64,000 nucleotides of DNA from an uncultured Lentisphaerales bacterium (GTDB lineage: Bacteria > Verrucomicrobiota > Lentisphaeria > JABSQK01 > UBA12247), in contig CALSSJ010000031.1 in assembly GCA_943788985.1 (NCBI GenBank), positions 64,001-128,000 on the forward strand. Direction: 5' to 3'. The position numbers and the translations under genes were made by a program. Under the pieces are notes generated by a model. That model made no database searches. It saw only the letters and a list, made by a program, of their open reading frames with translations, and was not told the DNA's origin. This document shows positions 39,403 through 49,802 of the stretch, in pieces (the first letter of the stretch is position 1; every line of letters starts with the position of its first letter).

Positions 39403-40734
39403 ATGCCAGATCCCACCACGAAGCTCTTCGTCCTGGACACCAACGTCATCCTTCACGACAGCAGTTGCCTCCACCACTTCCAGGAAAACGACGTCGTCAT
39501 TCCAATCACCGTCCTCGAGGAGCTTGATCACTTCAAGAAAGGGAATGACATCATCAACTTCCACGCACGGGACTTCGTGCGTCAACTCGACGCCCTGGCA
39601 GACGAGCGACTGTTCGAAGAAGGCGCGAAGATCGGCCCCGGACTAGGCCGCATTCGGATCCAACTCAACACCGAGTACCGCCAAGAGCTGTCCGAATCCT
39701 TCACGGAGAGGAAGCCAGACCACCTCATCTTGAATGTCGCTGTCACACTCTGTCGCGCGCATCCAGACAGACAGGTCATCCTAGTCTCCAAAGACGTAAA
39801 CCTGCGCATGAAGGCCAAGTCTCTTGGCATTCCCGCAGATGACTATCGCAATGATCACGTCGGTGACATCTCAACCCTCTACCCTGGATACCGCAGAATC
39901 GAGAGTATTCACTCGGAGATGATCGCAAAACTCTACGAGGCCCCCAACTGCATTGCCCCAGGCGAGTTAAGCCTTGAGTCTGAACCACTCCCCAACGAGT
40001 ATTTTATCCTGCGGAATGGCAAGCATTCCGCACTCTCCCGGATGGACCCCGATTCCGGCATGCTACACAAAATCAATCGCAACAACGCCTACGGCATCTT
40101 GCCCCGAAACGCCGAGCAGACATTTGCCCTCAATGCCCTTCTCGACCCCAGAATAAAGCTCGTCACTATTGCCGGAAAAGCTGGAACCGGCAAAACCCTG
40201 CTTGCTCTTGCCGCAGCGCTCGAGCAACACGAGAGGTACCGACAAATCCTGCAGGGACGCCCCATTGTCCCACTCGGAAATCGCGATATCGGCTTCCTCC
40301 CCGGTGATGTAAAATCAAAGCTTGATCCCTATATGCAGCCGCTCGCCGATAATCTCGCAGTCATCCAGAACCAGTTCAAGCACAACAGTGAAATGGATCG
40401 CCGCATCAACGAGATGCGCGGTGATGATCGCTTGATGCTCGCCCCTCTCGCCTACATCCGCGGACGCAGCCTCGTCGGCGTTTACTTTATCGTCGACGAA
40501 GCGCAGAACCTGACTCCGCACGAAGTTAAGACCATTATTACAAGGGCTGGAGAGGGCACAAAAGTTGTCCTTACCGGTGATATTTTTCAGATTGACCATC
40601 CCTATCTGGACAGTCACTCAAATGGCTTAACTACCCTCATCGAGCGCATGAAGGGGCAGCATCTTTACGCACATGTGAACATGGTCAAAGGCGAACGTTC
40701 CGAACTGTCCGAGCTGGCAAGTGATGTACTCTAA
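39403..40734 (+). CDS. PIN-PhoH protein (PhoH2/YlaK-like)
   Basis: VLDTNVILHD, VSKDVNLR; GKAGTGKT, RGRS, DEAQN, GDIFQID. Confidence 0.93.
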   Translation: MPDPTTKLFVLDTNVILHDSSCLHHFQENDVVIPITVLEELDHFKKGNDIINFHARDFVRQLDALADERLFEEGAKIGPGLGRIRIQLNTEYRQELSESFTERKPDHLILNVAVTLCRAHPDRQVILVSKDVNLRMKAKSLGIPADDYRNDHVGDISTLYPGYRRIESIHSEMIAKLYEAPNCIAPGELSLESEPLPNEYFILRNGKHSALSRMDPDSGMLHKINRNNAYGILPRNAEQTFALNALLDPRIKLVTIAGKAGTGKTLLALAAALEQHERYRQILQGRPIVPLGNRDIGFLPGDVKSKLDPYMQPLADNLAVIQNQFKHNSEMDRRINEMRGDDRLMLAPLAYIRGRSLVGVYFIVDEAQNLTPHEVKTIITRAGEGTKVVLTGDIFQIDHPYLDSHSNGLTTLIERMKGQHLYAHVNMVKGERSELSELASDVL

Positions 40735-40832
40735 TCATTGTACACATCTACAATTCAAATTCACAGTTGCGAATACCTGCGAATTGCGGATAGTATCTGA
40801 CTCCCAGAATCCATTAGATAGGAACACCCAAC

Positions 40833-41096
40833 ATGGCTAAGAAGAAAATCTCGGAGCGTGGCGCCAAAGTCGCAAGAACTCGCAAAGAACACGCAGAATT
40901 TCGCAATCGTCTCGCCGAAATGACTCCGCAGCAGTTGCGTAACTTCTTCAAGGCATTTGACGAGAGCGCTTTCGGCCGCATCGAAGCTTCCCTCGCTCGT
41001 GTGACCCAAGACCGCGTCGAGGATACAATCTCCTCGAAACTCAAGGAAATTGAGAAGCTTCAGGCAGAAGTGAGTTCGCTCAAGAGCAACGCCTAA
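40833..41096 (+). CDS. Small coiled-coil protein with a basic N-terminus
   Basis: 87 aa, own RBS (AGGAA) and downstream terminator. Confidence 0.7.
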   Translation: MAKKKISERGAKVARTRKEHAEFRNRLAEMTPQQLRNFFKAFDESAFGRIEASLARVTQDRVEDTISSKLKEIEKLQAEVSSLKSNA

Positions 41097-41122
41097 GCAG
41101 CCTTAACGGCTTATTCGGCTGG

Positions 41123-41156
41123 AAAAGCGCAGGGCCCTTGGGCTCTGCGCTTTTTT
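41123..41156 (+). terminator. Intrinsic terminator (possibly bidirectional)
   Basis: AAAAGCGCAGGGCCC-TT-GGGCTCTGCGCTTTTTT. Confidence 0.85.
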
Positions 41157-41225
41157 ACATCATAGCGCCCTGATAGCAGGCAGCTAACTTTCCCAACACC
41201 ACCCAGCTAAACTCGGACGGCGCCT

Positions 41226-43048
41226 GTGTCGACAGCCAAAAATCTTCTGTTTGGCTCCATTCTGAAGTTCGTGGGCCTTGTGCTCCAGATCGTCATCATC
41301 ATGGTAATCACGCCCAAGATGATCGAGACACTGGGTGAGGCCGCGTACGGCTTCTGGCTCACCGTACTTGCTGTGGCAGGCACCGCCGGCATAGTCGATC
41401 TGGGGATATCCCCAGCCGTCACCGCTTCGTCTCCCGCGCCCTAGGCCGCGGCGACCTGAAAGAAGCAGACCGCACAATTGCGACATCATTCTGCATCTTC
41501 AATACCCTAGGACTGTTCGTTCTGCTAGCGCTGTGCGCATTCGCAGCCTATGCCGCCATGCCCGGAAAGAATCTTAACCTCGTGGGCGATAATCCGCTCT
41601 TCCAGCAACTTTTTCCGATCATCATCGCTGCCTTCAGCTTGCAACTGGCAATCAGCTTCCCAGCAAGAGTCATAACTGCAGTCGCGAAATCACACATGCG
41701 GTTCGATATGATCGCCGTCGCGATGATGGCTCGCATCGTCCTCACCTACAGCCTCATTGCCCACATGCTCTACTTCACTGAGCCCGGCACCCGCTCCATG
41801 CTGCTACGCCTTACCGGCTTTTCCTGCGGCGGATTCGTCATCGAGTATATTATTCTGCTCTATGCTGCCAAGAAGAATCACCCCACGCTGTCCCTCAACC
41901 CCTTTACCGCCTACAAGGACGTGTTTAAGAACATCGCCGGATATAGCGCGAAAAGTATTGCGAGCCGGCTCGGGTTTTATGCATGCTACCGTGTGGATGC
42001 TCTTATTGTGGCCGAGAAACTGGATTCATCCGCCGTCACCTATTATTCGATCCCACAGCGCCTCATCAACTACTTCTTCGACATCATGGGTGCGGTGCTT
42101 GGCAACTTCGTCCCAATCTTCAGCCAGTACGAAGGCCGCGGCGAGAACGACCAGTTAACCCTACGATTCATGCAAGTCATGCGTGTCTCAATCGTCATCA
42201 CCACATTCGTCGCCGCAAGTATGGCGTTTTACGGTGGTGCATTTATCGAAAGATGGGTCGGAGATGTCCTTGTAGACCACGAACAATGTCATAATCTTCT
42301 GCTGATTCTTGTCTTCCCTGTAGCATTCGACTTAATGCACATCCCAGCGCATGGCGTTTTTTACGCCTTGAACAAGCACCACATTATGGCCTGGATTTTC
42401 GGTGCAAGTGGCTTGGTAAAACTGGTAGTTGCTTGGATTCTCATCGATCAGATCGGCTTGCCGGGATTAGCTTGGGGGCACGCCATCGCAAACTTGCTCC
42501 CGGTCATCGTCATCCCCATCATGGTCTGTCGCTGTATTAGGTACTCACCGATCAAATATTTTTCCACCATTCTTTTACCCACCTTTGCGAAGACCCTTGC
42601 CGTGCTCAGTTGCTTCTTTCTGATTGCTCGCGGTTTCCTTCTTCCCACCTATCTCAACATCGGCATTTTGGCTGGAATCCAGTCCGTACTCTTCGCTCCC
42701 ATCGCTCTCCTCGTCCTACTAGGAAAAGACGAACGTGAGTTGCTCGACACAGCCTTGCGCAATCGTTTTCGCCTGGTGGAACTCGGCGAACGCTTCGATA
42801 AAATTCGGAAGCTCCTGCTCTGGCCGATCGCGCTGTTTGCCTTTCTCGTCGTGACAGGAACTGGCGCAGATTATGGCTATTCCTTGTACGCCAAGTCGCG
42901 CCTCAAAAAGTTTGAGGCCGCCATCACCAGAGACAGCGGCGGAGTCCGCGAGAGCTGCCGGGGCCCAGTCGTATCCCGCAGTCGCCGGCTTTGTGGACTC
43001 CGCAAAGCCCGCGCTGCTGCTGATCCATGGTTTTGGCGATTCCCCTGA
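41226..43048 (+). CDS. Oligosaccharide flippase (Wzx/MOP family), frameshifted at about 41422
   Basis: LGEAAYGFW..DLGISPAV, then after restoring one C, TRFVSRALG; about 12-14 TM; RVDALIVAEKL..YYSI. Confidence 0.8.
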
Positions 43049-43745
43049 TGTTTGGCGTAAGATCGGCCCAGCCTTGGCCGAGAACGGCTACCATGTCCGG
43101 GCCATGAAGCTACCAGGCATGGCGGAAGAGATGAACCAGCACCAGCAGGCGAGCCTGACCGACTGGCGGGCAGCCGTTCGCACTGAAGTCCAGCGACTGC
43201 GCGAGCATGTGGGGGCTGAGCAGATCGTTCTTGTCGGACATTCAACCGGCGGCGCTCTCGCCGTGGACTTTGTTCAATCTGGTGGCGAGGCTGCCGGTGT
43301 CGTCTGCGTCGCTCCTGCATTCGGGGTCTCGAACGTGCGCAGCCCTGTACTCACCTCCGAGCAATGGTTCACCGTGCTGCGGCCGCTGCTGCGCTCTACC
43401 GACATGCTCGTGCGCGCGTTCCCCGTACAACTCAACTGCTCAGACGAGTCCCTGCTGATCGACGAGGTCATTCCGCTGAGCGCTTTCGACGCCTTCTTTG
43501 GCATACTGCGACACAATCGCACACAAGCAAAATCGTTCACCGGCCCAGTACGCTTCATCGTAGCCTCGCAGGACGAAGTCGTCGATAATCAGGCGGCGCG
43601 CGCCTGGTACGACGCGGTCGGTGCCAGCGACAAGGATTGGCATGAACAGCCCAAAAGCGGACACGTAATCCCGCTGGATTGCGAGTGGCAGGAGACCGTG
43701 GATCTGATCCACGACTTCGCCTCCCGCCGCAACGAGCAGCCATGA
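42873..43745 (+). CDS. Alpha/beta-hydrolase (carboxylesterase); probably joined to the upstream frame by a frameshift at about 42960
   Basis: LIHGFGDSP, GHSTGG nucleophile elbow, DEVVD, SGHVIPLD. Confidence 0.85.
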   Translation: MAIPCTPSRASKSLRPPSPETAAESARAAGAQSYPAVAGFVDSAKPALLLIHGFGDSPDVWRKIGPALAENGYHVRAMKLPGMAEEMNQHQQASLTDWRAAVRTEVQRLREHVGAEQIVLVGHSTGGALAVDFVQSGGEAAGVVCVAPAFGVSNVRSPVLTSEQWFTVLRPLLRSTDMLVRAFPVQLNCSDESLLIDEVIPLSAFDAFFGILRHNRTQAKSFTGPVRFIVASQDEVVDNQAARAWYDAVGASDKDWHEQPKSGHVIPLDCEWQETVDLIHDFASRRNEQP

Positions 43746-43819
43746 TTATGTTTGCAGACTCACTCACTGCGCGTATCGTTGCCCACAGTCACCCCAAAAC
43801 GACAGCGTAACGTCCACCT

Positions 43820-44677
43820 ATGTCCAAAGTAACAGCCGTCATTCCCTGCTACAACCATGGCCAATATGTCGATAAGGCAGTCACCAGCATTCGCGCGCAA
43901 GGTCTCGATGATATCGAGATTTTCATCGTCGACGACGGCTCCACGGCGCCTGAGACAATTTCCATCCTCGATGCCTATCCCAGCGAAAAGGCCACTGTCC
44001 TGCGCAAGCAGAACGGCCACCTTTCCTCCGCGCGAAACTACGGCGCCGAGCGTGCCACCGGCGAGTACATCTTGGGCCTCGACGCAGACGATTTCTATGC
44101 GCCCACCTTTCTCAAGCAAGCCGTGGAGATTCTCGACACCCGGCCAGAAGTAGGTGCCGTCACCTCCTTCACCCAAAACTTTGGGATCCGTACCGACCGC
44201 CACGAACGCAAAAAGGGCGGCACCGTCACCGACTTCCTGACTGCCAACCCCTGCAACGCCAGCTGCCTCTACCGCAAAGCCTGCTGGGAGGACGCTGGCG
44301 GGTTTGACGAGACCATGAAGGAAGGCTACGAGGACTGGAATTTTTGGCTTGCGGTCACAACAAAGGGCTGGGCGATCCACAGCATTCCTGACTATCTCCT
44401 CCATTATTATGTGGCCGCGCAGAGCATGGTCGTTGACTCCGACAAAAAGCGCCCGGCCCTCATGAAGCGGCTGGTCGAGAACAATCCAGAAGCCTATCGC
44501 AATCATATGGCCCAAGTCGTCTACGACGAAGAACGGAAGATTCAGGACCTGGAGCAGCGCCTGAACGAAGTGCGTGGCTCGCTCGCCTACCGCGTCGGCC
44601 GCTGCCTCACGCAACCGGGGACAGTCTTGAGCGGCATCGCTCGACGCCTGAGGAATCGCTCAGAGAACCGAGATTAG
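43820..44677 (+). CDS. GT2 glycosyltransferase
   Basis: VIPCYN, VDDGST, SARNYG, LDADD, GGFDE..EDWNFW. Confidence 0.93.
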   Translation: MSKVTAVIPCYNHGQYVDKAVTSIRAQGLDDIEIFIVDDGSTAPETISILDAYPSEKATVLRKQNGHLSSARNYGAERATGEYILGLDADDFYAPTFLKQAVEILDTRPEVGAVTSFTQNFGIRTDRHERKKGGTVTDFLTANPCNASCLYRKACWEDAGGFDETMKEGYEDWNFWLAVTTKGWAIHSIPDYLLHYYVAAQSMVVDSDKKRPALMKRLVENNPEAYRNHMAQVVYDEERKIQDLEQRLNEVRGSLAYRVGRCLTQPGTVLSGIARRLRNRSENRD

Positions 44678-44693
44678 CCGTAAAGTTCAATTT

Positions 44694-45668
44694 ATGTACT
44701 CTCTCACCGCCATTCTGCACGCGACCGATCGCAGCGCGGACTCACTTCGCCTCGAGGAGCGTGAGATACCGACTCCCGGACCAGACGAAGTTCTGGTTCG
44801 CCTCGGCTACTCCCCCGTCAACCCAGCGGATCTAAACGTCCTCAGCGGGACCTATGGCGAGCGGCTCGAGTTGCCCGGCGTCCCGGGAAACGAAGGAGCC
44901 GGGGTCGTGCGCGCACTTGGCTCGGCAGTCACTAGCTGCGAGGAAGGCGATGTCGTGATCGCACCGCGCTGTGCCGGGTTCTGGCAGCAGTACCGCTGCT
45001 TCCCTGCCGCAGAGTTGGTCGTCGTCCCACCAGGTATCTCCGAGCGTGATGCAGCAATCTTGAGCGTGAATCCAGCCACAGCCTGGTTGATGTTGCGCGA
45101 GTTTGTCCCGTTGAAGGCCGGAGACTGGATCGTGCAGAATGCCGCGAATTCCGCAGTCGGGCAATGGGTTGCGCAATTCGCAAAGGCTCGTGGCCTGCAT
45201 ACCGCAAACGTGGTCCGCAGCCAGGCCGCAGTTGACTTGCTCCTGGAACTTGGTGCCGATTGCTGTGTGCTGGATGTGACGAACTTCGCAAACCAACTCA
45301 GGCAGGCGATCACCGGCCCATGCCCCCTAGCTTTGAACGGTGTGGGCGGCGAGAATGCCCGGCAGCTCACCCGCGCACTTCAAACCCGCGGCACGCTCGT
45401 TACTTATGGTGCAATGAGTCGGGAGAACCTCTCGGTAGGCGGTGGACAGCTGATTTTCAAGGACCTCCGCTTTGTCGGCTTCTGGGTTTCCGCGTGGCTG
45501 CGCCAGGCGTCCGCTGTGGCACTGCAGAGCCTTTTTGCGGAAATCGCACACACGATTCTCGCCGAGAATCTGCGATTTCCGCAGTCCAAGCTATTCCCCC
45601 TCACGGCGCTTGCTGATGCGATCTCCGCAAGCGAGGCAGGCGGGACCAAGGTACTCTTGGAGTTGTGA
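44694..45668 (+). CDS. 2-enoyl thioester reductase-like MDR oxidoreductase (MECR-like)
   Basis: PVNPADLN, PGNEGAG, VNPATAWLML, QNAANSAVG, TYGAMS. Confidence 0.85.
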   Translation: MYSLTAILHATDRSADSLRLEEREIPTPGPDEVLVRLGYSPVNPADLNVLSGTYGERLELPGVPGNEGAGVVRALGSAVTSCEEGDVVIAPRCAGFWQQYRCFPAAELVVVPPGISERDAAILSVNPATAWLMLREFVPLKAGDWIVQNAANSAVGQWVAQFAKARGLHTANVVRSQAAVDLLLELGADCCVLDVTNFANQLRQAITGPCPLALNGVGGENARQLTRALQTRGTLVTYGAMSRENLSVGGGQLIFKDLRFVGFWVSAWLRQASAVALQSLFAEIAHTILAENLRFPQSKLFPLTALADAISASEAGGTKVLLEL

Positions 45669-46804
45669 GCGCCTGGCGCACGCACCACAGCATCTCCGAG
45701 ATTGGACGTGAGCCGTGGCAGCGCCTTGAGGTGCCGAACTTTCCGTTTGCGGACTTCGCATTTCTCGAGACACTGGAGACCTCCGGCTCCGTAGGCCCTG
45801 GCACCGGCTGGCAGCCGCTCTACCTGGCGCATTACGAGGGCGAGTTGTTGCAGGCAGCCGCCATTCTGTATCTGAAAACTGACAGCTACGGCGAGTACAT
45901 CTTCGACTGGGCCTGGGCAAATGCATACGCACGCAATGGCTGCGATTATTACCCAAAGTTGGTCAGCGCCATTCCCTTTACCCCCGCCACCGGCCCCAAG
46001 CTCCTGGTTGCGAACTCCGCACCACCAAAGCTACGAGCGGAGCTCATCGAAAGGCTGGCTTGCGAACTCCGCAACCGTGATCTTTCATCGCTGCATGCCC
46101 TGTTCGTAAATGACCAGGAATGCACCCTTTACCAAGATGCAGGCTTCCTGATTCGCGCGAGCTGTCAGTTTCACTGGCAGGACCGCGGCTACAAATCGTT
46201 CAACGAGTTCCTGGCAACGCTGCGCCAGAAAAAGCGTAAGGAGGTCCGGCGTGAGCGACGCATTGTCTCAGAGCACGGCCTTGAGATTCAGACACTCACA
46301 GGCGAGGCGATCAGGCCAGAGCACATGGCTGCCATGTACCGCTTCTATCGGGACACGACGGATCGCAAGCGTGGCAGCGCCTATCTGACTGCGGAATTCT
46401 TTGCGAACATCGCAACGCAGATGCCGAATCAAGTGGTTTTGCATCTGGCTCGAGAGGCTGATGGCTGGGTCGCTGGCGCGCTTGGCTTTCGCAAGGGGAA
46501 TGCCCTGTTCGGTCGGCACTGGGGAGCTACGGCACACTATCCTTGTCTACACTTTGAGCTGTGCTACTACCAGGGAATCGACTTCGCTATTGAGCACGGC
46601 CTCCAACTTTTCGAAGCCGGAGCACAGGGCGCGCATAAGATCCAGCGGGGATTCTCACCGGTGATTACTCGGAGTGCTCACTTGATCGCGGATCCTCGTT
46701 TTGCCGGGGCAATCGCGGCCTTCATTGAGGACGAAGACGCCTGCATCGTCCATGAGTTAGACGAGCACCAGGACGCCTATCGAGCGACCGACAGCTCGCG
46801 CTAA
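45665..46804 (+). CDS. FemAB-like GNAT protein (DUF482)
   Basis: SYGEYIFDWAWA, YYPKL..PFTPATG, GRHWG, LHFELCYYQGI, EAGAQGAHK. Confidence 0.9.
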   Translation: MSAWRTHHSISEIGREPWQRLEVPNFPFADFAFLETLETSGSVGPGTGWQPLYLAHYEGELLQAAAILYLKTDSYGEYIFDWAWANAYARNGCDYYPKLVSAIPFTPATGPKLLVANSAPPKLRAELIERLACELRNRDLSSLHALFVNDQECTLYQDAGFLIRASCQFHWQDRGYKSFNEFLATLRQKKRKEVRRERRIVSEHGLEIQTLTGEAIRPEHMAAMYRFYRDTTDRKRGSAYLTAEFFANIATQMPNQVVLHLAREADGWVAGALGFRKGNALFGRHWGATAHYPCLHFELCYYQGIDFAIEHGLQLFEAGAQGAHKIQRGFSPVITRSAHLIADPRFAGAIAAFIEDEDACIVHELDEHQDAYRATDSSR

Positions 46805-46889
46805 ACCGATTGCGGCGAGAGCCGAAACAGAGATGCATCCGAAATCGTAAGACCTGCCCGAAACTAGGCGAGATCTGGCGCTAATTTTT

Positions 46890-46904
46890 TGGCACGAATC
46901 CTGC
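46890..46904 (+). promoter_or_regulatory. Sigma-54 -24/-12 promoter upstream of the nrf remnant
   Basis: TGGCAC-GAATC-CTGC, with canonical GG-N10-GC spacing. Confidence 0.55.
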
Positions 46905-46940
46905 GCACTCACTGGCGCAGACAGTGTTCAGGAGAACTAA

Positions 46941-47642
46941 ATGAAATTGATCGAATGGCTGCTTCCACCACCACGCTGGCGTATTCCAGTGGTGATTGTG
47001 CTTGGCGCACTTAGTGGCCTTATTCTGTATACGGCATACGTTTCTCGGGCCACATCATACCAATCAGACTCGCCAACTACCTGCGTGAACTGGCACGTGG
47101 TCGCACCGCAGTATGCGACCTGGAGCCACAGGGCGCATCGTGAAGACACCGCAGATCTGGTTCAGGATGTCGTGGACCGGCAGGACAAGATCATTCAAAG
47201 CCGCGACAAGCTCGAAGAACTGTTGGTGCACGCCCATGTGGAAGCAAATAGGGCCTGCGACCTCGATGCCACCGAAGCGCAGATCAGGGACATTCTGCAG
47301 GATATCCGTCATGCCCTGTGGCGCTGCGACTATGCTGCCGCGAGCCAGGGCGGCTCATTCCACTCGCCTGTGGAGATTGGGCGCGTCATCTCGGCCGGAC
47401 TTCCGATTGTGGCGGACGCACGCCTTGAGCTTGCCCGGCTTCTTGCTGAGTTGGGTCACAGTGAGCCGGTTCCATATCCAGACATCTCGACTAAGAAAAA
47501 GGCACAGGCCTTTATCCGGCTGGATGTCGCCAAGCTTAAGGCCCAGAAGGCGGCTTTCAAGAAGAATCTGTTGCCCACCTAGAACGAGCAAGCGAAGGTG
47601 CGCGAAGCAAAATACGACACAGCAGGTCCCCTCCAGAAATAG
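46941..47642 (+). pseudogene. nrfHA: Chimeric nrfH(5')-nrfA(3') cytochrome c nitrite reductase remnant
   Basis: NrfH-like TM and SYQSDSPTTCVNWHVVAPQYATWSHRAHRE joined to NrfA-like DRQDKI..AHVEA..IRHALWRCDYAAASQGGSFHSP..PDISTKKKAQ; premature TAG at 47580, next in-frame stop at 47640. Confidence 0.85.
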
Positions 47643-47671
47643 CGGCTCGTTCGTAGCAAAGGAAACTCTGT

Positions 47672-48547
47672 ATGGCTTTATCGACTGATGGAACACGAAA
47701 AATTTTTACTGCCAAAGACTTGCTGCAGGCCAAGAAGCGCAATGATCTCCTGAAAATCGCAGAGGATAAAGGACATCACCTCAAGAAACAGAGGCGCAAC
47801 CTTCGTTACGAAGATGAGCTGTATTTGCTTCAGGCTCAGATGGTCAATCTGCAACAGTGGATCGCCAAGCACAAGATGCGGGTTGCCATCCTGTTTGAAG
47901 GCAGGGATGCTGCTGGAAAGGGCGGGTCGATCAAGCGCTTCGCCGAGCATCTGAACCCGCGGTCGATGCGAGTGGTGGCCCTCACCAAGCCGACAGACAT
48001 GGAGTCCGGGCAATGGTATTTTCGCCGCTACGTGAAGGTGCTGCCGAATCCTGGCGAGATGGTGTTCTACGATCGCAGTTGGTACAACCGTGCGGTCGTC
48101 GAACCCGTGATGGGCTTTTGCGACCGGCGACAGCATGAGCGCTTCATGGTCCAGGTGCCAGAGTTCGAGCACATGCTGTATGAAGATGGAATCTGCATCA
48201 TCAAGTTTTGGTTTTCAATCTCGCGCGAAGAACAGGAGCGACGGTTTGCTAGCCGCCTGCAGAACCCCCTGAAGGTCTGGAAGTACAGCCCAGTTGATCG
48301 CAAAGGCCAGGAACTGTGGGATCGCTACTCGTTCTATAAGGAGCAAATGTTCTCCCGCACGCACACACCCTTCTGCCCATGGACGATCGTGAGGGCCAAC
48401 GACAAGCGAACGGCCCGGTTGGAAAGTATGCGCTATGTGCTCTCGCTGTTTAACTACACCGGAAAGACCCGTGCCAAGTGTTCGCTCGCGCCCGATCCCA
48501 ACATCGTCGTGCGCTATTTCCGAGACATCGACCAGTCGGACCTTTAA
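47672..48547 (+). CDS. ppk2: Polyphosphate kinase 2
   Basis: FEGRDAAGKGG, QWYFRRY, DRSWYNRA. Confidence 0.93.
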   Translation: MALSTDGTRKIFTAKDLLQAKKRNDLLKIAEDKGHHLKKQRRNLRYEDELYLLQAQMVNLQQWIAKHKMRVAILFEGRDAAGKGGSIKRFAEHLNPRSMRVVALTKPTDMESGQWYFRRYVKVLPNPGEMVFYDRSWYNRAVVEPVMGFCDRRQHERFMVQVPEFEHMLYEDGICIIKFWFSISREEQERRFASRLQNPLKVWKYSPVDRKGQELWDRYSFYKEQMFSRTHTPFCPWTIVRANDKRTARLESMRYVLSLFNYTGKTRAKCSLAPDPNIVVRYFRDIDQSDL

Positions 48548-48549
48548 TC

Positions 48550-49350
48550 ATGCCTAGCTCAAGGACACTCACCGATGATGACGTCGCTGTTCTGAACACA
48601 GCGACCGGTCTAAAAATGCTGCTGGCAGAGCCAAAAATAGATCTGGAGCGGGCTCTGCGCTTGACCAGATACGAGCTCGAACTTCGCGCCATGCAGGCCC
48701 AGCTTGTTACGATGCAGGAGTGGATTATTCGCGAGGGTAAGCGCGTTGTCATCCTGTTTGAAGGGCGAGATGCTGCCGGAAAAGGTGGTGCAATTCGACG
48801 GATTGCCGCGCATATCAACCCGCGACACTACCGGATTGTCGCGCTGGATAAGCCTACCGCGGAGGAACGCGGCCAGTGGTACTTCCAACGCTACGTAAAC
48901 CAACTGCCAAAACCCGGCGAGATCGTGTTTTTTGATCGGAGTTGGTATAACCGGGCCGTCGTCGAACCCGTGAATGGCTTCTGCAGCGATTCCGAGTATG
49001 TCACCTTTATGACCCAGGTAAATGGCTTTGAGAAGATGATCGTGGACTCAGGCACTGCTTTGATCAAGATCTATTTCTCGATCTCCCAAGAGCAGCAAGC
49101 GGTCCGCTTTAAAGCGATTAAGCGCGATCCTCGTAAACGCTGGAAAATGACCCCGGTCGACGAGCGCGCCCAAGAGCTTTGGCATGAATACACGCACTAT
49201 AAAGAGGCGATGTTCGAGGAGACCGATACGGGGGTATGCCCGTGGATCGTGCTGGATGCAAATCGTAAGAGCGACGCGCGCTTAGAAGCCATCCGGCTTC
49301 TCCTATCTGCCATCCCGTATCAGCACGACGAACCAGAAGCGGCTCAGTAG
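48550..49350 (+). CDS. ppk2: Polyphosphate kinase 2 (second tandem copy)
   Basis: FEGRDAAGKGG, QWYFQRY, FDRSWYNRA. Confidence 0.93.
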   Translation: MPSSRTLTDDDVAVLNTATGLKMLLAEPKIDLERALRLTRYELELRAMQAQLVTMQEWIIREGKRVVILFEGRDAAGKGGAIRRIAAHINPRHYRIVALDKPTAEERGQWYFQRYVNQLPKPGEIVFFDRSWYNRAVVEPVNGFCSDSEYVTFMTQVNGFEKMIVDSGTALIKIYFSISQEQQAVRFKAIKRDPRKRWKMTPVDERAQELWHEYTHYKEAMFEETDTGVCPWIVLDANRKSDARLEAIRLLLSAIPYQHDEPEAAQ

Positions 49351-49742
49351 CAGCACACCGAGGTCGCACTGCTGGATGACGCGCCACGTGTCGGGGGACG
49401 GCGACGAATGACGACACTCGAATTAGTCATCGTCTCAAACCAGACCGTTGCTGCATTGCGGCATAGTGTGAAGCGCTCTCCAGGCATGATCACTGTCGGG
49501 CGCTTGACGCGATCACCGTCAATGAAAACGCCGTTCGACGAGCCCGCGTCGCTCAGGATTACAGATTTCCCTTCCTGGCGCAACTCGGCGTGAAACCGCG
49601 AAATTCCGTCTTCGCAAACGACCAGTTCGTTTGCCGCTTCCCGGCCGATTCGACATGGCCCCTGGGACAGATCCCAGACTAACGGCGTAGCTCCTTTCGG
49701 GACTATTCGAATAAACACTGGCAGCTCTCCGGCGGTTGACAC
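49344..49742 (-). CDS. Stand-alone FHA-domain protein
   Basis: IGR..ISRFHA..DAGSSNGVFIDG. Confidence 0.85.
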   Translation of the reverse strand: MSTAGELPVFIRIVPKGATPLVWDLSQGPCRIGREAANELVVCEDGISRFHAELRQEGKSVILSDAGSSNGVFIDGDRVKRPTVIMPGERFTLCRNAATVWFETMTNSSVVIRRRPPTRGASSSSATSVCCY

Positions 49743-49802
49743 ACATTACGTCCGTTACCAAAATTACGCTGCCTTTGGCAGGATTCAACCAGGAGACAGA
49801 AT

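Noticed and set aside
43760..44614. 284-aa minus-strand ORF
   Set aside because: Antisense to a clear GT2 gene, typical of GC-rich shadow ORFs
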